Shown piece by piece: positions 48,299 through 57,599 of a stretch of 64,000 bases of DNA. Positions within the stretch are counted from its first letter, which is position 1. The number at the start of each line of letters is the position of its first letter. The notes under the pieces were generated by a model. The model made no database searches. It was not told the origin of the DNA and saw only the letters and a list, made by a program, of their open reading frames with translations. Source of the stretch: Candidatus Bathyarchaeia archaeon (GTDB lineage Archaea > Thermoproteota > Bathyarchaeia > Bathyarchaeales > Bathycorpusculaceae); the NCBI GenBank assembly GCA_049521795.1, contig JBEKOM010000001.1, positions 576,001 to 640,000 on the forward strand. The letters are read 5' to 3'. Both the position numbers and the translations under genes were made by a program.

Positions 48299-48490
48299 AT
48301 GGTTTGTGATGGAAGAGGCCGCTTGTTCCGAAGAAAGGACGGAAAGTACTTGATCTACCTGCCCAAGGACTTTGCAGAAGACAGCATGTTTCCGTTCAAA
48401 GGCTCTGACTCCGTGTTTGTGAAAGTAGCCTTCAAGCTCGGGGACAACAAGCTGCTGATAGAGAAATGGAAAGAACCCGCGGTCGAATAG
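48299..48490 (+). CDS. Small AbrB/SpoVT-like protein
   Basis: GAGGTG RBS; KYLIYLPKDFAED...VKV...LLIEK swapped-hairpin pattern. Confidence 0.65.
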   Translation: MVCDGRGRLFRRKDGKYLIYLPKDFAEDSMFPFKGSDSVFVKVAFKLGDNKLLIEKWKEPAVE

Positions 48491-49009
48491 AGAAAGACTC
48501 TTCGAGAACAATGACTCCTAATCCCCATTCTAAGATGGTGACATTTCATTTTGAACAATTGAAGATAGCGCGTTTTCCCATTCTAGAATTCGAGCGCGGT
48601 GTGGGTTGTACTTCTTGAGTTGCTTCGTTTGCAGCTGATATTGTGTCTCGGGAAACGAGAAGCATCGTTTGGAGGGCGTGACTCAACCTTTACAATACTT
48701 CAGGAAAGAAATTTGAGGACATAGATGCGCTCCGGTCAATGATTCTCGGGTTTCCGGTGCTTTTGCGCTTACGCCCTCCCCCTCCCGTTCACAATATGAT
48801 CCAAATATGATTCAGCAAAAACCTTGATGCGTATCTGTGCGACCTGACTCTCAACTTGACAGAGGAAACTCGGGAATACAATTGCGCAAATCCGCCAAGT
48901 ATCATTGAATAAAATATCACAGCCGAGCGTTTATCTTCAATTGTCCCCCTCGACACCAAACATTATATTCTGATTTTCGCATTGTTAACTGTGAACAGGT
49001 GCTGTTCCT

Positions 49010-49654
49010 ATGCCAACCCTAAAAGCTGTCTTGAACGCCGTAAGAAAGGAACTCATCCTCAGAGACGAAATGCGCGAGAAGTCCCATGGAGACATGAGGA
49101 AAGCGACAAGCCTTTCGAAGCAGGCGATACTTTTGATTCATCAGAAACGGTTGGAGGAGGCCGAGAAGCTTGTCGCGAGAGCAAGTGAGACTCTTTCAAG
49201 GCTTTGGGACACTTCAGCTGCTCATCCAGACATCATTTACACTGGCATGTTTAGCGCTGCGCTTCAAGAGTATTCTGAGGCAAACATTTTCTTGAAGCTT
49301 GTCGAGGAATCTAAATTCTTAACCCCTAAAGAAATCCAAGTGCCCCCAGCAGACTATGTCCTGGGGTTAGCAGACGTCATAGGCGAGTGCAGGCGCCTAG
49401 CGCTCGACGCCCTGCGTGAAGGGAACACTGAAAGAGCTGAAAAATGTTTGCAGAAAATGGACGAAATCTACATTGAACTTATGCGTATGGACGAGTCTTA
49501 CATGCTGGTTCCTGGTTTGAGAAGAAAATGTGATGTCGCGAGAAAGATCATTGAGATCACGCGGGGGGACGTAACCCAGGAAATTCGAAGAAGCATGCTT
49601 GAAGAACACTTGAAACAAGTCGAAAAAAGCCTGAGAAAACGAATACGCACTTGA
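49010..49654 (+). CDS. Translin/Trax (C3PO-like) RNase
   Basis: ALQEYSEA and DYVLGLADVIGECRR catalytic motifs, LRRKCD. Confidence 0.88.
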   Translation: MPTLKAVLNAVRKELILRDEMREKSHGDMRKATSLSKQAILLIHQKRLEEAEKLVARASETLSRLWDTSAAHPDIIYTGMFSAALQEYSEANIFLKLVEESKFLTPKEIQVPPADYVLGLADVIGECRRLALDALREGNTERAEKCLQKMDEIYIELMRMDESYMLVPGLRRKCDVARKIIEITRGDVTQEIRRSMLEEHLKQVEKSLRKRIRT

Positions 49655-49661
49655 GACAATT

Positions 49662-50372
49662 ATGAAAGATAGAATGACACGCACCAGACTGAAACCCGTG
49701 TTCTCAGCGAAGAAGGCTCATGAAGCTCAGAGGCGCCTATCTGAACACATAATTTCTGAGGACAAGGTTCCACAGAGAATCCAGTTGATAGGAGGCGTTG
49801 ACGTTGCTTATGTTGAAGGCGCCTCAATCGCTGCTGTGGCAGTTTTGGATTTTGGTTCCTTGAAGCTGAAAGAGTCACAAACAGCTGTCTGCCGGACACG
49901 TTTTCCTTACGTTCCAACATTGCTTGCCTTCAGAGAAATCCCTCCAGCTATCCTGTGTATTCAAAAGCTGCGTGTTCAGCCTGACGTCTTGCTTGTCGAC
50001 GGACATGGTTTTGCTCATCCAAATCGCTGTGGATTTGCGAGCCATCTCGGACTCGTGATGAGAAAGCCTACGATAGGAGTTGCAAAAGAGATTTTGGTCG
50101 GGGAGGTTGAGCGAACGAAGGTTGAAGGAGACGTTGCCTTCATAAGTGACAAGGGAGAAGTGATCGGTGCTCAGATCGTCTCAAAGCGTGGACTCAAACC
50201 CATCTATGTCAGCGTTGGGCACATGATTTCGCTGGGGACAGCCATAGAGATCGTTAAGCGATGCACACTCCACAACCGTCTTCCGGAACCAGTCTCACAT
50301 GCTCACAGAATAGCCACAGCTGAAAAAAGAAAAGTCAATATCTCCACTACAACAGTAACAAGTAGCGAGTGA
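49662..50372 (+). CDS. nfi: Endonuclease V
   Basis: GGVDVAY, FPYVPTLLAFRE, VDGHGFAHP, GVAK, LPEP. Confidence 0.95.
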   Translation: MKDRMTRTRLKPVFSAKKAHEAQRRLSEHIISEDKVPQRIQLIGGVDVAYVEGASIAAVAVLDFGSLKLKESQTAVCRTRFPYVPTLLAFREIPPAILCIQKLRVQPDVLLVDGHGFAHPNRCGFASHLGLVMRKPTIGVAKEILVGEVERTKVEGDVAFISDKGEVIGAQIVSKRGLKPIYVSVGHMISLGTAIEIVKRCTLHNRLPEPVSHAHRIATAEKRKVNISTTTVTSSE

Positions 50373-50379
50373 ATGAAAA

Positions 50380-51087
50380 TTGCTGAACCCACAACTTAGA
50401 GAGTTGGCGAACAAGATCCGTGACAAGTCTCTTCGAAAGAAAACCATCGCTTTGCTTGAGGCACCAACATTCGAAGCAAACGGCAAAACGTACTCGGGAA
50501 TGCCTCTTGAAATCTCGCCGGCTGGGAGAATCCGCCATCATTCCTACCCTGGAGGTTACATGGAGCATGTTGTTTCAGCGACAAACATCGCATTAGCAAT
50601 GTGTGAATCTGCGGAGAAGATCTACCGTGGGAAAGTGAACCATGACCTCGTCATAGCTGGGATGTTGTTGCATGACGTTTTCAAGCCGGCAACATACTTC
50701 GTGAACAAGGACGGAAGTTACGGGTCGACACCTCTGGCAGATTATCTGGATCACCTGTTGATTGCAACTTCAGAGCTTGTTCGAAGAGGTTTCCCGCTGG
50801 AGTTGATTCACATAGTGGCCGCCCATCACGGAGAGTACGGCCCGATTAGGCCTCGAACGCTTGAAGCCTTGATCTGCCACCTAGCAGACTTTGCGGACTC
50901 GCGACTTAACGGTGAAGTCTTGAGCGCGGCGGCCTACCTGACGAGAAGGGTTGCCGGTCAGGAACTGTTTGGAATGACTTCGAAGGAAGCCTTCGAAATA
51001 GTCCATTCGAAGTCTGTCGAAGGTTGGGAAGGCGTTGCAAGAACTGTGGAAAGGTTAAGCCGCAAGAAGAAAGGGCGCAAGCCTTAA
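50380..51087 (+). CDS. HD-domain phosphohydrolase (YhaM-like HD domain, no OB fold)
   Basis: HHSYPGGYMEH, LLHDVFK, AHHG, HLADFADS. Confidence 0.85.
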   Translation: MLNPQLRELANKIRDKSLRKKTIALLEAPTFEANGKTYSGMPLEISPAGRIRHHSYPGGYMEHVVSATNIALAMCESAEKIYRGKVNHDLVIAGMLLHDVFKPATYFVNKDGSYGSTPLADYLDHLLIATSELVRRGFPLELIHIVAAHHGEYGPIRPRTLEALICHLADFADSRLNGEVLSAAAYLTRRVAGQELFGMTSKEAFEIVHSKSVEGWEGVARTVERLSRKKKGRKP

Positions 51088-51128
51088 TAGTTGACTCAAA
51101 TGAGAAGAGCCAAAAAGGTGATTGGCAG

Positions 51129-51455
51129 ATGGAGATATCGTTTGAGGAGTTTCAGAAGCTTGACATTCGCGTCGGGAAAATCTTGGAAGCGAATCAGATT
51201 CCAGGCTCCCGAAACCTCATTAGAATAATTGTTGACTTTGGAACTGAAAAGAGACAGGCGGTTGCAGGGCTGCTGCAATGGTACAAGCCTGAACAGCTCG
51301 TGGGCAAGAAATGCGCCTTCATCCTCAATTTACAAAGACGAAAACTCATGGGAATAGAATCACAGTGCATGATCTTCGCGGCCGAAGACGACAAAGGTAA
51401 TGTTGTGATCCTTCAACCAGAGAAGGATATTGCTGAAGGCAGCAAGGTACACTAA
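51129..51455 (+). CDS. OB-fold tRNA-binding protein (Trbp111/CsaA family)
   Basis: ISFEEFQKLDIRVGKI, NLQRRKLMGIESQCM; ATG 51129 after GGTGA. Confidence 0.9.
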   Translation: MEISFEEFQKLDIRVGKILEANQIPGSRNLIRIIVDFGTEKRQAVAGLLQWYKPEQLVGKKCAFILNLQRRKLMGIESQCMIFAAEDDKGNVVILQPEKDIAEGSKVH

Positions 51456-51470
51456 TCTGGGCAACTTTTC

Positions 51471-52739
51471 TTAGCCAGTCAATTTGGTTATTGCCTCAGC
51501 TTTTTCTTCGCTTCCAGCTACGTATTCAACCATTTCCTGGTCTAGGTCAAGCCACTTGGCAAGTCCAGCCGCCATGTTCACGTTGTTATTGAAGATGATT
51601 TCCAAGTAGGGAAGTACCTCTTTCGATGCTCTGACAGCTGAAATGTGGCACCTTCGCTTGATCTTGGCTCCTATGCTGCGCTGAATCGCACGTTCAGCCC
51701 TGGACCTGGACAACATCTGTATGCGTTGGGGAAACTTGAACGGTATCCACCCAGATGTTTTAGTGCCCTGTCTAGCCATGGCCACGCCGGCGGTCATGAA
51801 GTCAACTACATAACGCAAGAAGCTCCAGTCTCGAGTTGCACGGATTCTGCCACGATAGACATCCGCCACTGCCAATGCATCCATGGCATTAGCGAGGTCA
51901 TGCGGGTCTGTAAAGTGAGCTGGAACGTTCTCATAGATCCATTCAAAAAGCATGTCAACGTCAACGTCAGCCATGTCCACTGCCTGCTTTGCGCCGAAGC
52001 ATGTTTTACCGTAGAAGATCATTCTTAACACGTTGAAAATGCTGTCTTGTCGGTCGCGGTAGCCAAGCCACGAAACATCTTCGTAGGTTAGCCTCTTTTT
52101 ATCCTGTCCGAGAGCCTGAAGGTCGTTCACTGCTGAACGTATGTCGCCTCCAGAGCGTTGAGCTATTAACTTAAGCGCGTTTTCATCTGACTGTATTCCC
52201 TCTTTTTCGCAGATCTTTTTCAGGTGTTTCGCGACTTCGTTTGCAGGCGGTTTCTTGAACTCTATGAGAAGGCAATAGTTGCGAAGGCTAGAAAAACGAG
52301 GCTCGTACGCGTTGTTGGCGGTCAGAACGATAGGGCACTGTGCAGTTTTCACGACATCAGTTATCGCTTTGACGCCTCCCCGGTCTGCAGTTCCAGTTAA
52401 ACCGTCTAGTTCGTCTAGAAGGATGATTCTTTTTCCGCCGAACAAAGATCCATACTGCGAAGCGAGGCCAGCAAAGCGGTTTATCGCTTCTTCGGTTCGG
52501 TAGTCGCTGGCGTTGTTCTCTACAAACTCCATTTTATAGTCGTTTGCGGCAGTTTCCACGGTGACAGTTTTTCCAACGCCTGGCGGTCCATAGAGAAATG
52601 CGCATCTCTTTTTTGGTACGCCTTTTTCCCATGATTTTTTCCAGTTGACAAACTGCTGGATGGCTTCAGCGTTTCCTACGATTTCGGTCAGTGATTTTGG
52701 TTTATGTCTAACGGTCCATGCGTCGTACAAGTCTAGCAC
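51471..52739 (-). CDS. rfcL: Replication factor C large subunit
   Basis: YGPPGVGKT, NASDYR, LLDELD, GDIRSAVNDLQ. Confidence 0.93.
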   Translation of the reverse strand: MLDLYDAWTVRHKPKSLTEIVGNAEAIQQFVNWKKSWEKGVPKKRCAFLYGPPGVGKTVTVETAANDYKMEFVENNASDYRTEEAINRFAGLASQYGSLFGGKRIILLDELDGLTGTADRGGVKAITDVVKTAQCPIVLTANNAYEPRFSSLRNYCLLIEFKKPPANEVAKHLKKICEKEGIQSDENALKLIAQRSGGDIRSAVNDLQALGQDKKRLTYEDVSWLGYRDRQDSIFNVLRMIFYGKTCFGAKQAVDMADVDVDMLFEWIYENVPAHFTDPHDLANAMDALAVADVYRGRIRATRDWSFLRYVVDFMTAGVAMARQGTKTSGWIPFKFPQRIQMLSRSRAERAIQRSIGAKIKRRCHISAVRASKEVLPYLEIIFNNNVNMAAGLAKWLDLDQEMVEYVAGSEEKAEAITKLTG

Positions 52740-53711
52740 CTATTCTGCGTTCTTTAGTTTGTCACCTTCTTCAACAAGCTTGGCCAATAGTGCGCTCAAC
52801 TGCACTTCTTCGTCCGCGCCCTCGACAAGTCTATAGTCCACTTCACCAACGATGTCGGCGAGCCTGATCTTCCACTTTTCAGGCGTGTCTGATCTGAAGA
52901 TTTCTGTGTGGATTTGGCGAATGAGGTCACTTCCAGACACGCCGTATTTCTGGATCATTTCGCGCAACTGCTTTCTCGATTCCACAAAATCGCCGTCTAT
53001 AGCAACCTTGATCATTTTTTGCACGTCTGCCGGACTGGCCCTTCCAGTTATTGAGTACACGATTTTTGCATCTATGGGTTTACTCAACGACGCGGCTGAC
53101 TGCAGAGTGTTGATTGCCTTTCTCAAGTCTCCGCCACAGACTTCAAAGATAGCGTCTAAGCCATCGGATGAGATCTTCAATTTTTCTTTTTCAGCAATCT
53201 CCTTCAAGTAACGGTCCTGCTCTTCTCTTGGCAAATGAGTGAAACGAAAAGGTGCGCATCTTGATTGAATGGGTTCTATTATTCTTCCGCTATAGTTTGC
53301 GCACAGGACGAAGCGGCATGTTTCCGTGAAGCGTTCCATCGTCCGCCTGAGAGCTTGCTGTGCGTCTGAGGTCATGTTGTCCGCTTCGTCTAGAATCATT
53401 ATCTTAAACGGGATGTCTCCGATGGATCTCACTCTAGCGAAAGTCTTCACAGTTTCTCGAACAACATCAATTCCTCTTTCGTCACTTGCGTTTAACTCCA
53501 TAGTGTGCTCTCTGTACGCGTCTCCGTAAAGATCTCTTGCTAGGCAGAGAGCAGCCGTTGTTTTTCCCGTTCCAGGCGGGCCAGCAAAGATGCAATGCGG
53601 CACGTTTCTTGACTTAGTGAAACTCTTTAAGCGTTCGACAATCTCCTTTTGATCGACCATCTCGCTTAACTTTTTGGGCCTGTACTTTTCAGCCCACATC
53701 TCAAAACTCAA
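52740..53711 (-). CDS. rfcS: Replication factor C small subunit (no intein)
   Basis: WAEKYRP, GPPGTGKT, ELNASDERG, DEAD, SRC. Confidence 0.96.
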   Translation of the reverse strand: MSFEMWAEKYRPKKLSEMVDQKEIVERLKSFTKSRNVPHCIFAGPPGTGKTTAALCLARDLYGDAYREHTMELNASDERGIDVVRETVKTFARVRSIGDIPFKIMILDEADNMTSDAQQALRRTMERFTETCRFVLCANYSGRIIEPIQSRCAPFRFTHLPREEQDRYLKEIAEKEKLKISSDGLDAIFEVCGGDLRKAINTLQSAASLSKPIDAKIVYSITGRASPADVQKMIKVAIDGDFVESRKQLREMIQKYGVSGSDLIRQIHTEIFRSDTPEKWKIRLADIVGEVDYRLVEGADEEVQLSALLAKLVEEGDKLKNAE

Positions 53712-53925
53712 CCTGAATTATCCTCCTGGCTTATACCTAGTTTTCATGTGCTAATAAAAGTATATTTGAGCAGAAAAGCCTGCATTCCTCTGTTTTCGTG
53801 GCTTTGTGTTGGAAAAATCGTTGGTTCTGAAGGATGTTTTCTTTCCCGCCTAAAGTAACGCTTAAATGCTGACTGATTTTACTCACTGTGCGCTAAAAAC
53901 TGGAAATTTGAAGGGAGAGAGAAAA

Positions 53926-55533
53926 ATGTCGGAACGTGTGCATAAAAACAGTGCTTATCTGAACGGCAAGTCAACGTGTGGAACGCAAACGCGTGTCAAA
54001 GATACAAGCCCGACTAGCGGAATGTGCCCAATTTGCATTCGAGACTGTCCATTCTTGTGCGAAATAAGCATGTCAGCTTTCAGAGGAAGAGAGGCACTTT
54101 ATCCGGAACCGGTACAGTTTGGTTACAGCACCGCTGGTGCGCTGAAAGACTTCGGTTTGGACTGGTCGCACTTCAACGTACAAGCAGGCCTTTTCGATGC
54201 GCAGGGCATTGAGCCTAACTCGGACCTGACCGTTTTCCCGAACGTGAACATAGAGACCAAAGTAGGCGGCATACCGTTGAAAGTGCCGATCCTAAATGGT
54301 GCATTCGGTTCAACAGACGTTGCAAGACTGAACTGGGAAGGCTTGGCCGTCGGAGCTGCGCTCTCTGGTGCGTCCGTAATCGTTGGAGAGAACGTTTGTG
54401 GTATGGACGCTAACGCCCAGATCACAGGTGGAAAAGTCACCCATTCGGAAGAGTTGAAGCGAAGAGTGGATCTGTTCCGAAAGTTCTGGGACAAGAAGTA
54501 CGGAGAAGTGGTGGTTCAAACAAACGTGGAAGATCAGAGGCTTGGCGTCGATGTCTACGCTATCTCGAAGCTGGAAGTGAACGTCATCGAGAGAAAGTGG
54601 GGACAGGGTGCGAAGGCAATTGGCGGCGAAGTGCGAGTCAGAGACTTGGAAAAAGCCATACTGTTGAAGAAGAGAGGCTACATCGTGATTCCAGATCCGG
54701 AAGACAAGGCTGTTCAAGAAGCTTTCAAGGATGGAGTATTCAAGTCCTTTGAAAGACACAGCAGAGTGGGCATTCCAAAGGAGAAAAGCTTTGTCGAGGA
54801 CATAGAGTGGCTGAGAAAGCAAGGCGCAAAGCACGTAACGCTGAAAACAGGGGCCTACAGGCCTTCAGCCGTCGCATGGACTATGAAGATAGCGTCTGAG
54901 GCAAAGATCGATTATGTGTCATTCGACGGTGCAGGCGGCGGAACAGGCATGAGCCCTGTGCCGATGATGGACGAAATGAGCATACCGACAGTCTACCTGG
55001 AAGCTCTGGTTCTAAAATGTGCACAGATACTGAAGAAGAAGGGCCGCTATGTTCCAGACTTGGTTATGGCAGGAGGCTTCATAGAAGAGACATCGATCTT
55101 CAAGGCGATAGCGATGAGCAACTTCGGAGAAGGCCCGTTCATCAAAGCAGTGCTTCTCGGACGCTCGCCGATAACTGCAGCTTTCAAAGGAAGCTACTTC
55201 AAGCAGCTGGCTGAAGAGGGGAAGCTGCCAAAAGCATTCGCAGACAAGTTCGGAGCTACACCGGACAAATTCTTTATTGCCGCACCAGATTTGAAGACCA
55301 AGTACGGAGCACGCTTCAAAGATATTCCATGGGAAGCCGTAGGAGTCTACACCTACCTAACTGACAGAATAGGCGTCGGGCTCAAGCAAATGCTGGCTGG
55401 AAACAGAAAGTGGAAGCTGGATCTCATCAGCAGAAACGACCTGATGAGCCTGTCTGAAAGAGCTGCAAGAGTTACAGGCGTACCGATGCCAGACGAAGTA
55501 GAAAAGGATGCAGTCGAAAAAATCCTCGGCTAG
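53926..55533 (+). CDS. FMN-binding glutamate synthase family protein
   Basis: N-terminal CPICIRDCPFLC, KWGQGAKAIGGE, LKTG, DGAGGGTGMSP. Confidence 0.85.
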   Translation: MSERVHKNSAYLNGKSTCGTQTRVKDTSPTSGMCPICIRDCPFLCEISMSAFRGREALYPEPVQFGYSTAGALKDFGLDWSHFNVQAGLFDAQGIEPNSDLTVFPNVNIETKVGGIPLKVPILNGAFGSTDVARLNWEGLAVGAALSGASVIVGENVCGMDANAQITGGKVTHSEELKRRVDLFRKFWDKKYGEVVVQTNVEDQRLGVDVYAISKLEVNVIERKWGQGAKAIGGEVRVRDLEKAILLKKRGYIVIPDPEDKAVQEAFKDGVFKSFERHSRVGIPKEKSFVEDIEWLRKQGAKHVTLKTGAYRPSAVAWTMKIASEAKIDYVSFDGAGGGTGMSPVPMMDEMSIPTVYLEALVLKCAQILKKKGRYVPDLVMAGGFIEETSIFKAIAMSNFGEGPFIKAVLLGRSPITAAFKGSYFKQLAEEGKLPKAFADKFGATPDKFFIAAPDLKTKYGARFKDIPWEAVGVYTYLTDRIGVGLKQMLAGNRKWKLDLISRNDLMSLSERAARVTGVPMPDEVEKDAVEKILG

Positions 55534-55616
55534 CACCAACCCTATTTTTCTTTTTTGATTTCTAAGCGACGCGCAACATTAATAACGTCAAGCAGACCTG
55601 AGGATCGCTGGAGTAA

Positions 55617-56873
55617 TTGTCTATGGTAGGGACGCAGACAGCCTTAGCAGTCGCATTGGAGCAGTTGAGAATAGCTGCTGAGAAACTTGACCTTGACCCC
55701 GGATTGCACTGTATGTTAGCACGTCCCAAGAGATCCCTTATAGTCTCCATCACGGTGAAAATGGACGATGGCAACATTAACGTTTTTACCGGTTGTCGAG
55801 TGCAGCATTGGGATGCGAGAGGCCCGTTCAAGGGTGGAATAAGGTATCATCCGAACGTCACGTTTGATGAGGTCACTGCCCTAGCGATTTGGATGACGTG
55901 GAAATGTGCGGTCGTGGACATTCCGTACGGCGGCGCCAAGGGTGGAGTGTGCTGCAACCCGAAAAAAATGTCGAAAGGCGAGCTGGAACGGCTCACTAGA
56001 CGATTCACGACGCTTCTCTATGATTTTATAGGGCCGTACCGCGACGTGCCCGCACCGGACGTGTACACCGACGCTCAAACCATGGCTTGGATAATGGACA
56101 CCTACAGCCAGATCAGAGGTTACAGCGTCCCAGAATGTGTCACGGGGAAACCCATAAGCGTCGGCGGTTCAGAAGGCAGAGCTGAAGCCACCTCGCTCGG
56201 CGTGGTAGTGTGCGCAAGAGAAGCAGCGAAGCAGATGGGCCTGAAGCTCAGAGGAGCCACGGTCGCGGTGCAAGGCTTTGGCAATGTGGGCTGGAACGCT
56301 GCCAAGATAGCCTATGACCTTGGCTCCAAAGTCGTCGCACTGAGTGATTCAGTAGGAGGAATCTACTCTGCAAGGGGTCTGAACCCTTACGATGTCTACA
56401 AGCACAAATCGAAAACGGGTTCGGTGATCAACTACAAGGGGAGCCAGAACATAACGAACGAGGATGTCCTTGAAGCAAAATGCGAAATACTTATCCCCGC
56501 AGCCTTAGAAAACCAGATAAAGAAAACGAACGCAGACAAGATCAAAGCCAAAATTGTTGTTGAGGGTGCAAACGGGCCGACATCGCCTGAAGCCGACAGG
56601 GCTCTTCACGAGAAGGGAATCGTTCTCATTCCTGACATCTTGGCAAACTCTGGGGGCGTTGCCACAAGCTATTTTGAGTGGGTTCAGAATCTGACGCGAG
56701 AACATTGGACGTTGGAGGATGTGAACCGGAAACTGGAAGGCAAGATGATCAAAGCCTTCAATGACGTTCACAAGACGGCCGAGAAAGAGGAGAGTGACAT
56801 GCGAACAGCCGCATTAATGCTCGGTGTGGGAAGAGTAGCTGAGGCGATTAAGACGCTGGGTCTCTGGCCGTAA
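55617..56873 (+). CDS. gdhA: Glu/Leu/Phe/Val dehydrogenase (glutamate dehydrogenase)
   Basis: GPFKGGIRY, GGAKGG, PAPDV, QGFGNVG, EGANGP. Confidence 0.92.
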   Translation: MSMVGTQTALAVALEQLRIAAEKLDLDPGLHCMLARPKRSLIVSITVKMDDGNINVFTGCRVQHWDARGPFKGGIRYHPNVTFDEVTALAIWMTWKCAVVDIPYGGAKGGVCCNPKKMSKGELERLTRRFTTLLYDFIGPYRDVPAPDVYTDAQTMAWIMDTYSQIRGYSVPECVTGKPISVGGSEGRAEATSLGVVVCAREAAKQMGLKLRGATVAVQGFGNVGWNAAKIAYDLGSKVVALSDSVGGIYSARGLNPYDVYKHKSKTGSVINYKGSQNITNEDVLEAKCEILIPAALENQIKKTNADKIKAKIVVEGANGPTSPEADRALHEKGIVLIPDILANSGGVATSYFEWVQNLTREHWTLEDVNRKLEGKMIKAFNDVHKTAEKEESDMRTAALMLGVGRVAEAIKTLGLWP

Positions 56874-57032
56874 TGGCGCAGAAACACTTTCAGTCCTCTT
56901 TTTTCTCTGAAGAGCAAGAGATCGGATGCAGTTTCCAACTTTGTTATGCTCTTTAATCTAAACTTTTAAACTGCTCTTCTTATATCTGCTCTAAGGACTT
57001 GCTTTAGAGTCAAGCGCTAGAAGGGACAGGAG

Positions 57033-57599
57033 ATGGCGAAGACAGCTTCGATGAGAATGGGCAGTCTGGACTTCATATTCATGAATTCGCCCGTGAGAAT
57101 TGTGGCCAACAGAAATTGTGCAGAGATCAAGCTTGCGGGGTTGAGTATTGGGCCCTTCGAGGAAGGAAACGAGTACGAGGTTAGTTATTGGGTGGCTTCA
57201 GAGCTTGCAAAATCTGGAATTGTTCACTTTCACGCGGAAGACCAGCTTGACACTGGTAGGTTGGGCAAGATTCAGTGGACAGAGCGTGTTCAAACGGCTG
57301 GGCAGGTGTCTAAGCTTCCTGAGGGTTTTTATCCGAGGCTTCGGCGGTGTCTTGCAGAGCTGCGAGAAGGCGCTGCCAACAACCCGGAGAAGATGAGGGA
57401 GTATGAAAGAGCTGATCAGTTGGCGACGGACATCGTTAATTCAAGGTTGAGGAAGGTCGTGTCGATCGCGTCGGCGCCGGCGCAGACTGAGAGCAGGCTG
57501 AGAGACTTCACTGCAGAGGAGAGGCTTCTGTACGAGCGGCTTTTCAGCGTTATCAATCATTGGAAGACGAAGATACTGAAGCGCGCGGAAGGGGAGTAG
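57033..57599 (+). CDS. GINS complex subunit (Gins23-type)
   Basis: N-terminal beta domain (GPF...EVSYWVA) then helical domain (LPEGFY); directly upstream of MCM. Confidence 0.8.
   Translation: MAKTASMRMGSLDFIFMNSPVRIVANRNCAEIKLAGLSIGPFEEGNEYEVSYWVASELAKSGIVHFHAEDQLDTGRLGKIQWTERVQTAGQVSKLPEGFYPRLRRCLAELREGAANNPEKMREYERADQLATDIVNSRLRKVVSIASAPAQTESRLRDFTAEERLLYERLFSVINHWKTKILKRAEGE

Noticed and set aside
48491-49009. Long intergenic region as a replication origin
   Set aside because: No repeated ORB-like boxes seen and no cdc6/orc1 gene in the window.
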